A stretch of 64,000 nt of DNA from Eledone cirrhosa (GCA_964016885.1 OZ024743.1:230950001-231014000); one strand, 5' to 3'; shown: positions 1-15,369, counted from the stretch's first letter. Translations and numbers: made by a program. The notes: a model not told the origin generated them from the letters alone.

Positions 1-467
1 TCCCAGCATTTGATATGAAATAGTTTGAAAGAGACTTAACTATCATTTGTAAGGGGTTGTGAGACCACGTCGAAACTCTATTTAAATGCCTTGCATTACT
101 GAAGAAATACATCGCTAGTGAAAAGATGTGAAACGCTGAAATACCTATCCATTTCCATTCATCTATTAACAGAGCCTGATGTATACTCTATCAACAAAAC
201 GAACACCAAATCTATATAGTGGTTGGTTTCATTAACAACACAACACACTTCACACTCACTTCACTCGACAGGAGCCAATATGTGAGGGCTGCAAGCTATA
301 TTTAGATTTTCACAATGGAAACAAACTTAAACTAAACTTTGCCTCACTTAATTAAATGTTTGATGTCGTAAGCGACGGTAATTAACTTATTTATATGTTG
401 CTCAAACTTATTAATCAAGCACATTCATATAGAGAAATGAAAACTACCACTACCTATATATATACAG

Positions 468-810
468 GGTTCTTATATATTTTATATATATTTGTCCTTA
501 TCGAGCCCTCTGGATTTTGTCTTCACATTTATTATTACTATATATATTATTACGATATATATAAATATATATAACGTCTCGTTCCTGTCTTCCTTCGGTT
601 GCAACGTTTTTTGAAATATTTACTTCTGCGTTCACAGATTGACTTTTTTAGTTTCAGAAGATCCCGTTAAGGGTGAAAGCAGCGATTCTTTGCTTAAACT
701 TTAATCTGTTATTTTAATAAATATTTGCTCTACGGTTCTTATATATTTGATATATATTTATTCTTATCGAGCCCTCTTTGGATTTTAGTCTTGAAATTTA
801 TTATTATTAA
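468..810 (+). mobile_element. PLE pLTR-like remnant with partial tandem duplication
   Basis: About 563-810 is near-identical to about 51431-51660. 468-540 repeats 734-810. Contains an HHR and ends in (TA)n. Confidence 0.6.
634..709 (+). ncRNA. Type I hammerhead ribozyme, variant core CAGAAGA
   Basis: acagatt..agttt CAGAAGA t-ccc-gttaa-ggg-t GAAA gca..tgc TT aaact..aatctgt. Stems I (with internal loop), II and III all pair. Second copy at 51482. Confidence 0.65.
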
Positions 811-821
811 TATATATATAC

Positions 822-897
<76 letters not shown>

Positions 898-989
898 CTC
901 TGTGTGTATATAAGTGTGCGAGGTGTATATTCGAGTAAACCCACCACGATATATTTGTGTTATTCATTTTGTTCACGAACAGGTGAACA

Positions 990-1275
990 TCGGTCCATAT
1001 AGATTTGATCATCAGATCTAAAACTTTGACAATGTCTACTGGTTGTTGAGAAACTTCAAGTTTGTTCGTTGCTCTGTGCTCTTTGCTTGACGACATGAAA
1101 CAGAGGACATGTATATAAAATTATGAAGAAAAAAGTTTGATCGCTGCAGAGAGCTAAGATTACAGTTACATACTCCAGGGGGATTACTTTGAAGGAGAAA
1201 ACTCTTATTGTGAAGTTGGGTTTGAAATGAATCTTTTGTGACATCAGTCCTGGAACTTTTCTGACACACCTCGTA
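990..1275 (-). mobile_element. Decayed Tc1/mariner 5' end (TIR plus start of transposase)
   Basis: Minus strand begins TACGAGGTGTGTCAGAAAAGTTCCAGGACTGATG, a mariner-type TIR. The downstream frame reads EQRTNLKFL, like the mariner transposase N-terminus (EQRxxIKF). Confidence 0.55.
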
Positions 1276-1366
1276 CGTCGTGCAGCTGTAATGCAACAAA
1301 TCTCTCACGAGTAGAGGCAGCTCAATCCCAAGCATCGGACCCAGATACTGTTAGATAGTCAAGATT

Positions 1367-1595
1367 ATAATTGTTTCTACATTTGGCACAAGGCCAACAA
1401 TTATCCAGTATATTACTGCTACTTTATTTTATCAACCCCGTAAGGATGAAAGGCAAAGTTAACCTCGACAGGATTTGAACTCAGACCGTAAAGGGACGTA
1501 ACTATGCTTTGAAAGCATGGCGTTCGATAGATAGTCAAGATTATAATTGTTTCTACATTTGGCACAAGGCCAGCCATTATCCCAGTGTATTACTG
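1367..1595 (-). mobile_element. tRNA-derived SINE (family S1) with local partial duplication
   Basis: Matches the recurrent unit ggcacaaggcc..tactttattttatc.accccgtaaggatgaaaggcaaagttaacctc..gatttgaactcag, with B-box GAGTTCAAATC on the minus strand. 1352-1394 is repeated at 1528. Confidence 0.75.
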
Positions 1596-1880
1596 ATAGT
1601 CAAGATTATAATGCCGGACATTTCGTTCCGCCTTAATCATGCCAATCAAAATTTTAATCTAAACCCCTTGACGTGTGTGCCATGAAGGAAGGGCTGTAGT
1701 GCGACTCCCTCAAACATGAATTCGCCTCAAGAGTGACAGAAGTCTTGACCAAACTATATGAGGCGCTCTTTGTAGAGGATAGATCTAACGTAGGCAAATA
1801 ACGGTTATGATGCATTTCAACTGGTATGTTTTACTGGCCGTATAATACTCCCAAGTTAAAGCAATACATAGATTCATTCA

Positions 1881-1919
<39 letters not shown>

Positions 1920-1931
1920 GCACGCACACAT

Positions 1932-1990
<59 letters not shown>

Positions 1991-2869
1991 GTGTGTATGT
2001 GTGTGTTTGTGTGTGCGTGTATGTATATATGTATGTAGGTATGGAATCATATTTGTATTTAAACCATTGAAGTTAGGTGTCTTTGCGTCTAACAAAACCT
2101 TTCGTAAAATAAAATTAATTCAAATTAACATAGACAGTTAAAAATCCACGTTGTTATTTTTGGGTTGACTTTGTCTTTCTAAAATATAGTACCAGTAATG
2201 CACTGGTTAATTTCTGGCTTTGTGCCAAAAGTAGAAACAATTATTTTCCTTTGTACCTACTCTCTCTTTCACACACACCCACGCATACACACGCACACAC
2301 ACACACAGACCCCCACACACACACAAACACATACATACGCACATATGTTTTGTCAAATTGATACATATTTACACACGAACATTCAGGTACAAATATAGTT
2401 ATACATAAATAAATGTATGCACCGATACCGAGATATCGTGAGTGAGGGACATACAATGTGTAAGTATGTGTCTGTTCTGCCTGTATTTGCGTGCGCATGT
2501 GTTTGTTTCCACCAGAAAATAGATCACCATATAAAGGCAAAACACATCCATATCTGATTTCTTCTGAAGATTACATTTTGTCCCATATGCTGACAGTGTA
2601 GCATATATGTAAGACTTGGTAACGGGAACGCGGAAATTTACAGAACATATGCTGCACACATCCCCACCTAAATACATTCGTTTATTCTTTTAATGGTTTC
2701 AATCTTGAAACTGTGACATTGCTATGGCGACGTCATACTGGGCTACAGTCGAAAGTATTGACCCAAGTGCATATTTAATTGATGTGTCTTTGTTTTTGTA
2801 TTGAAACAGTAAGTTACGGATCAGAGGCATACCCACGAACGTAAACATAGATGCATATGCACACACACA

Positions 2870-2939
<70 letters not shown>

Positions 2940-3662
2940 TTTGTACAGACCAAAAACAAACATGGACACACCTCTAAACTTACATTCTGGACGAATCAGC
3001 AACAAAAACACACGCATACGAACATGTACACAAACACACATTCACACAAATACACACACACACTCTCTTTCTCTCACTCACTCTCTCTCTCTCCCTCTCT
3101 CTTCCTCTCTCTCTCTCGCTCCCTCTGTCTCTTTCCCTCCCTTTCTCTCTTTTAAACTTATACACACATACTTACAGCTTCGTACAAACAACAAAACATC
3201 ACACACTTCCACATACATACATATCCCCTCTAAATACAAATGGATTGTTTCCTTTTCAGCACGTTGTAGATCAATTTGATCAAAGACTTTCTAAAGATGG
3301 TCAACTGAACTTCCTACACAGTAAACGACCCTATCAATAGTTTTCCAGTAGATGGTGAAATGGGCAGAACTACTTTTTCCGAAGAATTTCTTTGGTTTCT
3401 GCTCCTGCTCACTATCCTCTATCATTCTATTTCTTCTATAATTTCTCATTATATTTTCTGATAAAGGACTTACGTGTGAAGTGTTTTCCTACTATATTAA
3501 GCGTTAAACTAATATATACTGTATCTTCAATTTACTTCATTGCCTGTGGTGTTTTTCAGATTACTTTTCATACACACACTCACCGACACCCACAACCCCA
3601 CACACATACGTACATACATACATACATACATACATACATACATACATACATACATACATACA

Positions 3663-3693
<31 letters not shown>

Positions 3694-4774
3694 TTCGATT
3701 TACAAATATTATAATTTATTCTCCTAGAGACATAAATTCGATCGATGACGATTTAGTTATCTTTCGTTTACAAATTCTAGTTTAGAGCTTTGATTTTTTT
3801 ATGCTGCGAGAATTCTTTTGTTCTCACACCCGAAAATAACCGCCAAAATATTTCAACTAGTGGACTTCATATTTGGAGTAACGTCACAGAACTACAGACC
3901 GGTTTACCGCTTCAATGATACAAGCAGCCTTACATTCTGTGGTACAGTCGGTTTTTCTTTTTTTTTGTAAAGGAGGAACCCTGCAGACAAAGGAACTCCA
4001 GTTTGAGTGTGAAAGAATTATATGTATATGTATTACTTGTGCATTATATAACTTCCTGAGGTTCCAGAAACCTAGGTGTGATTTTATCGATTATATTGAT
4101 TTTAATTAATCGGAGATAGTCCAGGTATGAAAAACCTTTCATATGTATGTAGAGTTTGTATAGTTTGTGCCTTCAGTCGGTTATCTTGGTGTCACATTTT
4201 ATAACTACGGTGTTTAATTCTGGACTCAATGTTTGTTTTTAAATTTCGTTCCATTGAGTGCTCCGTGATCACCTCAAAACAAATCGAATTGTACATGCGT
4301 TACTGCAGCTAAAATTCAATTTACAAATATTATATCTATCTCTCTCTATATATATATAACGTGTGTGTGTGCGGGGGGTTCGAGTGTAAGTACGTATGTA
4401 TGTGTGTATACATAATGCATATATACATGTCTATATATAAGGAACAAAGAATCAGTGTGGCATCTTATACACATTTATTACGTATTACATATGTTTCACT
4501 GTCGATCAGTTCGAGGAACGATCTATTAATGATCGAACCTGACACTGGAATCGGAAGCTCCTCAGATACGTTTTAATATGCAGGAAGGTGTCGTTTGAAG
4601 GAGATTTAAAATATGAAAGACAGAATTCATGCTCCGCAGATGCATTGAAAGAGAATCGCGCAGGTTGGATGGACACAAATCGTAAAAGAAAATACCTGGT
4701 ATAAAATAATGGTTTCTTATATAGGCAGAATACCACTAATTTGAGGGGAGGGAAAAGTCGATTAATTTGACGCC

Positions 4775-4926
4775 AGTGCATGACTGGTTCTTTATTTTAT
4801 CGACCTCATAAGGATGCAAGGCAAACTTAACCTCGGCGGGATTTGAACTCAAATCATAAAGGCCGTAACTCTATGCTGCAAAGTATGGCGTCCGACCCTC
4901 TACCGATACTGCCAATCCACCGCCCT
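4775..4926 (-). mobile_element. tRNA-derived SINE (S1)
   Basis: Same family. Head ggcggtggattggcagtatcggtagag (A-box-like) and B-box on the minus strand. Confidence 0.75.
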
Positions 4927-5059
4927 CACCTGGTATAATATAATGGAAAGGCAAGTAGAAGAAGTTTCTGATACCAGTATAATAAGTCTTCACGTACGTA
5001 GTTTTATTAGTTTTCAAAGAGCTTCAGCATGACGGTGATAATGCATGATAGGTATGGTG

Positions 5060-5350
5060 CTTTGAAACACAGGTACAGTCAAAATTGTATTATAACATGC
5101 GTGACTGAGCATTCCACAGGCAGGTTCACTTCACATGAAGACGCATGGAGATTGTGAGTGACATACCTCCGCTCATTGATTTAGATGGACAATACATTTT
5201 TGCCAGCTGAGTGAACAGAAGCAACGTGAAAATAAAGCCGTCGCTTTACATACATATATATGTGTGCCTCTGTACGTACATGGTCCGGTAATCGATCTCT
5301 AGACCTTACGATTGTAAGCCGAACCCTTCAACCCCCTAGCCACGTGCCTT
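5060..5350 (-). mobile_element. Second tRNA-derived SINE family (S2), diverged
   Basis: Minus-strand head gcacgtggctag..tcgattaccggacc resembles 25480-25610 (minus) and 33583-33650 (plus). Confidence 0.5.
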
Positions 5351-5812
5351 CCCTTAGAGATACACAAAGAGATATAAACCCGTTAACTAATCCTTTCACT
5401 GAAAACAATTGCCGAAAATACCGTTGCCCCATTTTCAGAAGATGGGAGGTCTACGAAGAGTTGTTTGATGTTATCGTAACGATCACACATTTGCTACTCA
5501 CCTCTCTCTCACTCTCACTCACTCTCTCTCTCACACACACACGCACAGGCATAGACACACAGGCACACACATACACACAGATACAGATACAGATACACAA
5601 TGATTGATGTATACACGCGTATACACTGACAGACACTCACGAACACACAAAATCCACTTGACATGTCTTGTCACTCTGGAATGTTCCATTCGCCCCTGTT
5701 TGTCTAAGCAGCTTCTGTATTTGTGGTCGCGGGTCGGCGGGAACATAACGATGTTGTACTTAGTAAAGAGAAATGAAATAACAAATACAAATCAAAACCA
5801 TATGTGTATATA

Positions 5813-6300
<488 letters not shown>

Positions 6301-6828
6301 TAGGGAGGGAGAGGAAGTCGAAACAATAAGTAAATCAATATGGAGTAAATATATAGAAGAATACCAAGAAAGTTAAAAATATAAAAAAACAATTTCTGGT
6401 TACTATTCCATAACCACAGTCATCAAGTCTCTCACTGGTACTGCTAAACTATAGAAAAGTTTACTAGGTGGGACGGAATTGTAGTGAGACCATTTTAAGA
6501 GTTAGTAGTAATTTAACCGAGTATCTCTTACGGTGACAGGTCAACAAGTGGAGGGCCAAAATACTAAAGAAACTACCACGAAATAATAATTCAGAGTCCT
6601 GAAACTAATAAGAAATAATTGTCTCTACCCTAGGCACAAGGCCAGCAACCACCCAGTGCAAAAAATGAACTAATACGAAACAATAATTCAGAATCCCGAA
6701 AATGAATACTAATACTATCTCTAAGGGTGCCGCTACGATACAAAAATTCTAGTGCAAACTACATAAATGCTCGTACGAAGTATATGAAAAACCTGATACG
6801 GAAAATTAATTCAGAATCCCCCCCGATT

Positions 6829-7134
6829 ATTGAACGTCTGAAAGTATATACTTTCCTTATGCATATTAACGGCTGAGCAGCCTAATTTGAATATCAAGTG
6901 AGTTAATCGGCAGGGCGCACCGAAAACGATAAACGGAAAAAATGAAACGAAGTTACATTTCAAACTCTTAGTACGGCTGTTACTTAAATATAAGTTTGTA
7001 TACGTACATACACTTCGTTTCATTTTTCCGTTTATCGTTTTCGGTGCGCCCGGGTGATAACTGGCTTGATATGCAAATTAGGCTGCTCAGCCGTTAATAT
7101 GCATATGAAAAGCATATACTTTCAGACGTTCAAT
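6829..7134. repeat. Imperfect fold-back inverted repeat, arms about 120 bp
   Basis: 6829-6953 is the reverse complement of 7013-7134. The spacer is also copied inverted near 7435-7520. Confidence 0.85.
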
Positions 7135-7142
7135 CATCTGGC

Positions 7143-7199
7143 AGGAAGGTATACAGTGCTGACGATAGCTAATAAGCTTGAAACTAGTACATCGTTCCT
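7143..7199 (+). ncRNA. Minimal type I hammerhead ribozyme (PLE type)
   Basis: gtg CTGACGA t-agct-aata-agct-t GAAA ctag TA cat. Palindromic ACTAGT stem III; distal stem I aggaa/ttcct. Confidence 0.7.
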
Positions 7200-7313
7200 T
7201 TGTCAGTGTTGAACAAAAGGGCAACGATTGCTGCTAAACACTGTACGGCTTAATTCGGGATGTTTGTTTACAAACACACCGAGCATTATAATAAATGTTC
7301 GGTAAATTCATAC

Positions 7314-7388
<75 letters not shown>

Positions 7389-7528
7389 CATGTATGTTTA
7401 TATATACATACTACTGTACATCTGTATAGATATGTGTATGTACGTATACATACTTATATTTAAGTAACAGCCACACTAAGAATGAGAAATGAAACTTCGT
7501 TTCATTTTTTCCGTTTATATATATATGT

Positions 7529-7599
<71 letters not shown>

Positions 7600-7600
<1 letters not shown>

Positions 7601-7920
7601 TTAGGAGAAAGTATGACCCCGACGGCAGAGCTGAAGCCGTTTCGACGGCTATTTCTGGACTAAAGTAAGAGTTTGTTTAGTCTGGTAAATAAATAGCCGA
7701 ACTTTGCAAGCGGTACATCCTTATATGGGAAGATTGTAGTTGTCAAGAGGATTGGTCAAAATGTGTAGCAGACACAGAAAAGTCTATCATGACAGTGGGT
7801 GGGGGGTGTTGGTGGCTGAACTTGCCTGTAGAACGATAGGGAGTGGGTAGAACCGGTCAAGCGTAGAAGATGAAATCTACACGGCAAATTCTAAGGAATG
7901 TGTAAGAAAGTAGGGAAGAG
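7600..7920 (-). mobile_element. PLE pLTR-like remnant (same family as 5912-6300)
   Basis: Shares gaccccgacggc..gccgtttcgacggcta and ggattggtcaaaa. The CUGA strand is decayed. Confidence 0.5.
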
Positions 7921-8592
7921 GAGATTGACGATAAAAAGGTTTCTTTAGAGCAAGAAGAGGTCAAATTATTTTATTTGAAGGAATAGAGCGTATATCTTGG
8001 AAATGTGGTCCCAGATATGTAATGCCTCTTCTATGGTAAAACGTATAACACTATGTGGATTACTTGTGTTCATCACAAATTTTGTACACATTGTAATACA
8101 TACGACCTCCTACTATCATCAACATTTTGGAAAATAATAAATAGCGAATCATAATGACTGGGTGTATAACTTTGAAATCCTTCGTTTCTATAACAAACCC
8201 AATCAGCCTACATTTTCGCGTGGACCTAATTTCACAGTGAGACTAAATTTTAACCAAACAACCGACGCGTTCTGGATTTTCTCAATGAAACGACGCCTAG
8301 TACATCTCAAAATTATTGGAAATGTCTACCAATCAGCAAACACCCTGAGATTTCCACAAATTCATCGATGCTTTTACCAAATTAATGACACACAAATATT
8401 TCTACCAATTCGTGGACGCCTTACGATTTCTCTCAATACACCGAAACCTTTCTAATTGTAACAACCCACCAATGCCTAGTATTTCTACCAATCCACCAAC
8501 AACTTAGTAATTCAACCAATACTTCAATGCTGTACCATTTCAAACAATTTACCACGACCTTTTGCAGGTTAACGATCTACCACTATTCTATG

Positions 8593-8654
<62 letters not shown>

Positions 8655-8859
8655 TGTGAGAAAAACCAGACCCTCCATCTCAATTCTACTTTTGAAAAGC
8701 AGTAGAACTGCGAAACCGGTAAAGGAACCAAATAAATATATATATTTTTTTTAAATAAGACTCCAGTTGCATTTTCAATTTCATCTTTTTTTCTTTATAC
8801 TTTCACTCGTGTAGGACACCTCGGTTATTTTTCATTTTGTTAAAAAAACCTCTTTTCTA

Positions 8860-8862
<3 letters not shown>
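8655..8862 (+). repeat. Dispersed repeat, probably PLE terminal remnant
   Basis: Homologous to 26610-26762 and, inverted, 43678-43790. Has an HHR-like 3' half GAAACCGGTA at 8712 followed by AATAAA. Flanked by microsatellites. Confidence 0.5.
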
Positions 8863-8941
<79 letters not shown>

Positions 8942-10265
8942 CACATCTTCGCGCAGATCTAAGTATTAGTTTTTAATGGATATGCTGCATGTCGATTTTG
9001 AAATTCGGCCTTGATTGATGTGACCTACGGCCGAAAATATTCCAGCTTTTACCAACGGGTAATTATTGTCGCGACATAGTGCATACAGGACTATCGTATC
9101 AAATATTTTCTCCATTTTTTTCAAAAGAGCTCGGTGGCTGATAGAAGAGGAGAACCACAAGGGCAGTGGCTCCCAACCTATTACTAAGGACCCATTTTAT
9201 ATGAATGAACTTTCCCACGCAATCTTTCACTTCCCTCACACATTGTTATACAGCTAGAATAACAAACACATGACAAAATTGTTTATATTTACAGGAGAAT
9301 GTATGCCCAATGGCCTGTACTTATATTTTTAACAAGGTAATTAAAATGTTGACCCTATTTTTATTTTTGCGAACTGTCAGGACTCCACTGAGGCAAATTT
9401 GAGAATAACTGCAGAACAGCTTTGAATAAAATGTTTTGTATTTCAATTCAATCTTTACGTTGTGACTTCAAATCCCACCGATGTCACATTTGTCTTTATT
9501 CTTTACAGGGTCGATAAAATAAAGTAACACTTAAGCACGGAATTTGTTATAAACAAGCTTTTTCTTCCGTAGAATTGCAGGTGTGCGCTTAAATGAGAAG
9601 CCGTTATTTTGTTCATCCTGAATGGATATATAGCTCTGCTGATCTTGGGTAAGAATTGAAATCATGTAAGAGGATAGAAATCAAAAGGGCCTCCATCTGA
9701 CACTCTACAAAGTCTGCTACACATATTGTACACCTTGCGATAACGCTAATAATATGAAATGTATCGTTTGGATGTCGTTAGTAAAATTCAGTTTCATTAA
9801 CAGTGGTTGGCCATGAAAAATAAACAGAAATAGTAGAAATAATAAGAACAATAGAATTTGTTTAAATGGTAGCATCTGTGCGTGTAGATATATTTGAGTG
9901 AAGGAAAGAGAAAGACAGGAGTGGAGATGGAGAAAGGTCGGAATGCAAGAATGAATGAAGAATTGAATGGAAGGAAGGAACAAAGTAAGAACAAAAGAAG
10001 AGACAAAAAGATGGAGTGTTAGGATAAATGATTTTAGTCTTTTTTTAAATCGTTTTTTAGAAATTGTTTGTAGATAAAGCAGTTATGTTTTGGTTAGTGT
10101 AAAATGTTTGTTTATGTGAGTTTATGTAGCAGGGAGTACAACATAGAAAGAGAACGAAAAAGGAAAGGGGAGTGATAGAGACGAGGGAGAGATGAAGAGA
10201 TGAAGAGAAGTGAAAGAAGAAGAAGAGAGGAAGAACAGTGGAGGTGAGAGAGCCGGAGAGACAGC

Positions 10266-10337
<72 letters not shown>

Positions 10338-11769
10338 GAGAGAGAGATAATGGGGCAGAAGAAGGAAAAATAAGAGTGAAACGAGGGAGAGATAGGGACA
10401 AAGAAGCAGAGAGAAAGAGCAGGATTAAACGTAAGTGAGAAAAGCAAGAAAGTTAAATGAAAACAAAACATAGATAAATAATATCCTTAAAACAAACAAC
10501 CAAAGTTTTCAAGGCTAACAACAACAGCAACAACAGCATCAACACAACCACTATCACCATTAAAAACAACAGCATAGATACATAATTACTATTTGCTTTT
10601 AGTCATATTAATGTTTGTTTTACAACTTGGAATTGTTAATAAGGTTTCTCTTATGCTGGTATTGTTTGTTTTCTCACTTGCAATTGTTTACAATGCTAAT
10701 TCTTTTTTCTTATTCTTCTCTATCCTCTCTTCTTTTTCTTCCTCTCCTTATCTTCTTTTCCTTCTCTACTTTCTCTTCAGATATTCCTCGTTTTTCTTCT
10801 TTTTATTTCCTCTTAGTAATTATTTATTAATTCCCCTCCCTCAATTTTATTTGACAGAACTTACTTCTTCTTTTCCTTCTATAACTCTTTAGCCTGTCCT
10901 CTGCCTTCCTGAATTTTAGTTCTTTTATCTACGTTTGCTTCTTCTTTTTTCTTCATTTTAAATTATTTTTGTCTCTCTTCATTTGTATTTTTCCCTTTCT
11001 TGCCTACTTTTAACTTTCCTTCTTTTTTTTTCGCCTGTTTAATTTTTTTCTTTATAGTGTCTCTTTCTCTTCTCGTTTTTTTTTTAAAGTTCGTTTCATC
11101 ATCCATTTATTTCTTTTGATGTTTCTCTCTCTCGCTGTGTAATTATTAAAACTCTTCATAGTGGATTATTTTACACTTCATTGTAGAAATTATATTTACT
11201 TCAATGAAAAATAATCTAAAAGAATAATCACTGTTAGCCGCTAAATATGACGTCAGTTTCCCTTGTATTAACGTTAACTCAGAAACAAGAAAAATAGATA
11301 AAATACTTTACGTATAATGACTAACAGTAACAATATAAATCAACCAATGAATGTTTGCCATGATCTTTCGTTGGTTTGTTCTGTCTTTCTGTAGTGCAAC
11401 ACATCATTTACAAGTAGCGTCATAGCAAAGCGGAGAAAAGTGTAAATAGTTTTAATCATTTGCTACAAATTCACTTTTTCAACAAGTTCTTAAAGGAAAA
11501 ACTTTTGCATTGCACCCATTTTCGGGGATTTCTTGCAAGGGACGGTCAGTTAGTCCAATGTATTGTTAATCTACTTCCAAACAAAACTAATTTGTGTAAC
11601 GAATGTTTGTTATAATTTATTAAACTAATTTTCCTCGTCATTACATCTTCGGTAATTATTTATTTGCGATCTTTCTTTACTGTAGCTTCTCGGTTGTAGA
11701 TGACCTAAACAGTGAGGCCAATTAGGCAAATATGTATAAATAAGATCTTTTCTTTTTCAAAAAATATAT

Positions 11770-12256
11770 CAGATATTTACCCTGCGTCTTATAAGGTCAA
11801 GGGTCAGTTTGGAATACTGGCTAGTGGAAGTCTACTGCTGCAACGACACTTACATTAAACCGCAAACATCTCTGCAAATGAAGGTGGTGATCGGTTCTAA
11901 ACCGACAATAGTAATTCTTTTCTAAAAAAAAGGTTCAATTTTTACAAATGTTATGATGAATAAAATAAATTTATTTTCATTCTCTTTTGTTTTAAAAGTG
12001 TACTAAATTATTCAAAACAAAAATATGATGTAGAGAATAAACCAAATTTATTTTCATACTTCCTTACGTTTTACAATATACTAAAATAATACAACTGGAA
12101 TTACGACGTAGAATTACTATATAAAATACGGTGTACAAACATTATAGTCTTCCCTTGATGAAGTTTAAACATATTTATCTATTCGTTTTTAAATGCCTAA
12201 CCAAATTAAAGTGCTTCCTATAAGACCAATCGTCTTATAAGCCGGCAAATAAGGTA
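11770..12256 (-). mobile_element. Possible pogo/Tigger-like DNA transposon remnant
   Basis: Minus strand from 12256 reads TACCTTATTTGCCGGCTTATAAGACG, like pogo-type termini. The subterminal cgtcttataag motif recurs at 11786. Confidence 0.35.
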
Positions 12257-12344
12257 TATAAGTATTTCCGGCAAAACAGTGGAGTGGGTCGTACGGTGTT
12301 ATTACTTGTCACATGATTTTGCGTGGCACATTTTGAACTGTGTA

Positions 12345-12534
12345 ATAATTGTTTCTACTTTTGGCACAATGCCAGCAATTACCCAGTGCATTACTAGTAC
12401 TTTGTTTTAACGACCCCATAAGGATGAAAGGCAGAGTTAACTTCAGCGGGATTTGAAATCAGAATGGAAAGGTCCGTAATTCTATGCGTCAAACCATGGC
12501 GTCCGAACCTCTACCGATACTGCCAATCCACCGC
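12345..12534 (-). mobile_element. tRNA-derived SINE (S1), near full length
   Basis: Matches the S1 unit along its length. Confidence 0.75.
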
Positions 12535-13017
12535 TGTGTAATAACAATTGCAGGCTTGATCAGAGCAAGAAGTGCCAATAATTAAGACAGCCAGTTTACC
12601 AAGTGTAACTTAAAATTATCTAATTTAGGAGAAGTAGCGCATATTTGTAGAACTAGTATAGGCGGCTATATACACGGGCACAGCCCTGCTCACATTAAAT
12701 TATTAACTCAAACAGTGTCCATATGGTAAGAGATCATTCAAGTACCAAAGCCTTATTCAATAACATAGGCATGTTACTACATCGCAATGCTTGCACAATA
12801 ATACGTAAAGTATTGATTCCGGGAATTATAATAGTTGTGATGAGGCAATATGACACAACATACGTGTGATGCTAAACCAATGTCATTGTTATAATCAAGG
12901 CTTGAATATACGCAATGATGAGTCACGAGATTTATAAAGCATATATGTACCAATCTTATTTTTAAAATTCTCTATTGGCAACACATTTCAATAATGCATT
13001 AAGCACACACACACACA

Positions 13018-13152
<135 letters not shown>

Positions 13153-13358
13153 ACACACACACGCACACACACACACTCACACATATATATATATATATAT
13201 ATATTCGAAAACAGATTGTCGGATAGTTGACGAGATTGAAATTCTCACAAAATGTATATTATCTCAAATGCAGTTTTTTGCTATAAATAATAACTTAGAA
13301 ACTCGGGTATTTTACACTTATAGACGCACAAAATTTGCAGCAACCGCTACAGAGAATC

Positions 13359-13503
<145 letters not shown>

Positions 13504-13604
13504 TATTGAAATTTCCGTTGGAAACAGAAAAGGTCATAGAAGTGAAGAGTGCTCTATGTAATTATCAGAGCAAAATTTAATGTATAAAAATCAATACAAT
13601 ATAA

Positions 13605-13680
13605 TTACCTCATTACCAGAGGTTTCCCGAATGAGGCGAATACGAAAGAAACGTCTTCATTCGTTCGTCAGACGAGGCAA
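13605..13680 (-). ncRNA. Type I hammerhead ribozyme of the PLE-B terminal region
   Basis: ttgcctcgt CTGACGA a-cgaatga..tcattcg-g GAAA cc-tct-gg TA atgaggtaa. 9-bp stem I, 7-bp stem II, GUA site. Confidence 0.8.
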
Positions 13681-14423
13681 TATAAAACATGGGTAAATAC
13701 TTGGAAAGTCTCATCAAGAAAATCAAAAAAAGGATATAGACAAATGAGTTAGAAATTGAAATATATAAAAATCTATCAAGAAATATAGTTAGGTGTGTGT
13801 ATATGTATGTATATACGCTCACAGATGTGCATATATGTGTTTGCACATGTGTATACGTATAGTGAAAAAGTGTGCGTAAATATAAAATTTAGGGTGTATC
13901 TGTATGTCTGTATTCTACAGACAGAATAGATACATCATAAGAATAGGAATATGAAGGCGCGCGCATAAACACACTTACATACACGTACGCTTAGATGCTG
14001 AAGTAAAAGAGGTAAGGGAGTGTAATAATTAAAGAAAAGTATCAATCTCGATATATTTATAAAAATGTAACAATAAATTAGAAAGAAAACATTTTTAGAA
14101 AGAAAAAATTAAAGAAAAGAAGACAAAAACGGGGTACATACATACACAGACACGCATATCTCACAAAAGAAACGCAAAAATATACATGCTTATATACACA
14201 TGCACACTTACACATCCATACGTTCGATACGTACATACACACACACACACACTCATACTTACACTCACGCATATTGACCTGTTTGCATGCACACGCATAA
14301 AAATGAGTAAGTAAAAAGGGGGGGAGAAGAAAAAGGGAACACAACATAAAACCTAGATATCAAAACACTGATATAAAGACACATACACATACGCATAATT
14401 TATATATACACACACACATATAT

Positions 14424-14473
<50 letters not shown>

Positions 14474-14487
14474 TTTTAATATAGATG

Positions 14488-14538
14488 AGATTCTACAGGA
14501 CTAGAACTGTTTCATTCATTAGAAATCATCAGGAATCT
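14488..14538 (-). ncRNA. Type I hammerhead ribozyme (inverted copy, PLE-A)
   Basis: Exact reverse complement of 21446-21496. Confidence 0.8.
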
Positions 14539-15284
14539 GGGTATCAAAAAATAAATATGGTATTTATAGGTCTCTACAAGTGGTAGGAGAGGGTGGGGAG
14601 TGGGATGGGTGCAGGTCATTGGTTGATAGAGAAGGGAATTCATTAAAGGCTAATTCTACATAGCTATAGTTAATTTATATTTATTTATGTTTTTAGAGTA
14701 ACAAAGGCAGACAGAAATCTATAAACAAGTTCCGGATGGCATACCATTCCTTGTCAATAAGTTTCTCTTAAGCTAGCAGATGTCTATAAAATCAGTGGGG
14801 GGTCATTCATGCTCGATAGAATTAAAGAAAAGGGAGATTCTTTAAAAGCTAAAGTCATTAAGTTCTGCTAAGTGACAAAGGTCTAGGGAATTCTGCAGAC
14901 AGATTCAAAATACTGAGTGCATATCTTACTATTATCTTCGAACTTCTCTTAAACTAATCAACAATATGCCAAATCAACAGACACATTCACAAAAAAACAA
15001 AGAAACCCCAAAAAGACCAAAAAAACAGAAAAACAAAAAAAGCCACACCTAAAAAAAACCACCAAAAAAACACACATACTCACTCACACACTTACGCGCA
15101 ACCATAAACACACACATAAACACAAATACACACATAAAAACACACACACATATATAAAAAAAGTATATAAATATATACAAATATATATTCATGTACACGC
15201 ACATGCATACACACATACATACATACATACATATATAAAATACATATACACATATACATACGCACACATATATAATACATATAC

Positions 15285-15369
<85 letters not shown>

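Noticed and set aside
5-145. CTGAAGA..acatc/gatgt..GAAA near the window start
   Set aside because: A stem II-like hairpin is present, but I could not form stem III and stem I.
7095-7145. Minus-strand CAGATGA..GAAAgtatatgcTT as a hammerhead
   Set aside because: No stem I and no stem II pairing, and the mirror arm lacks the core.
8160-8590. Degenerate short repeat (tttctaccaat-like) as a structured array
   Set aside because: Period and sequence are too irregular to define. Likely an old minisatellite.
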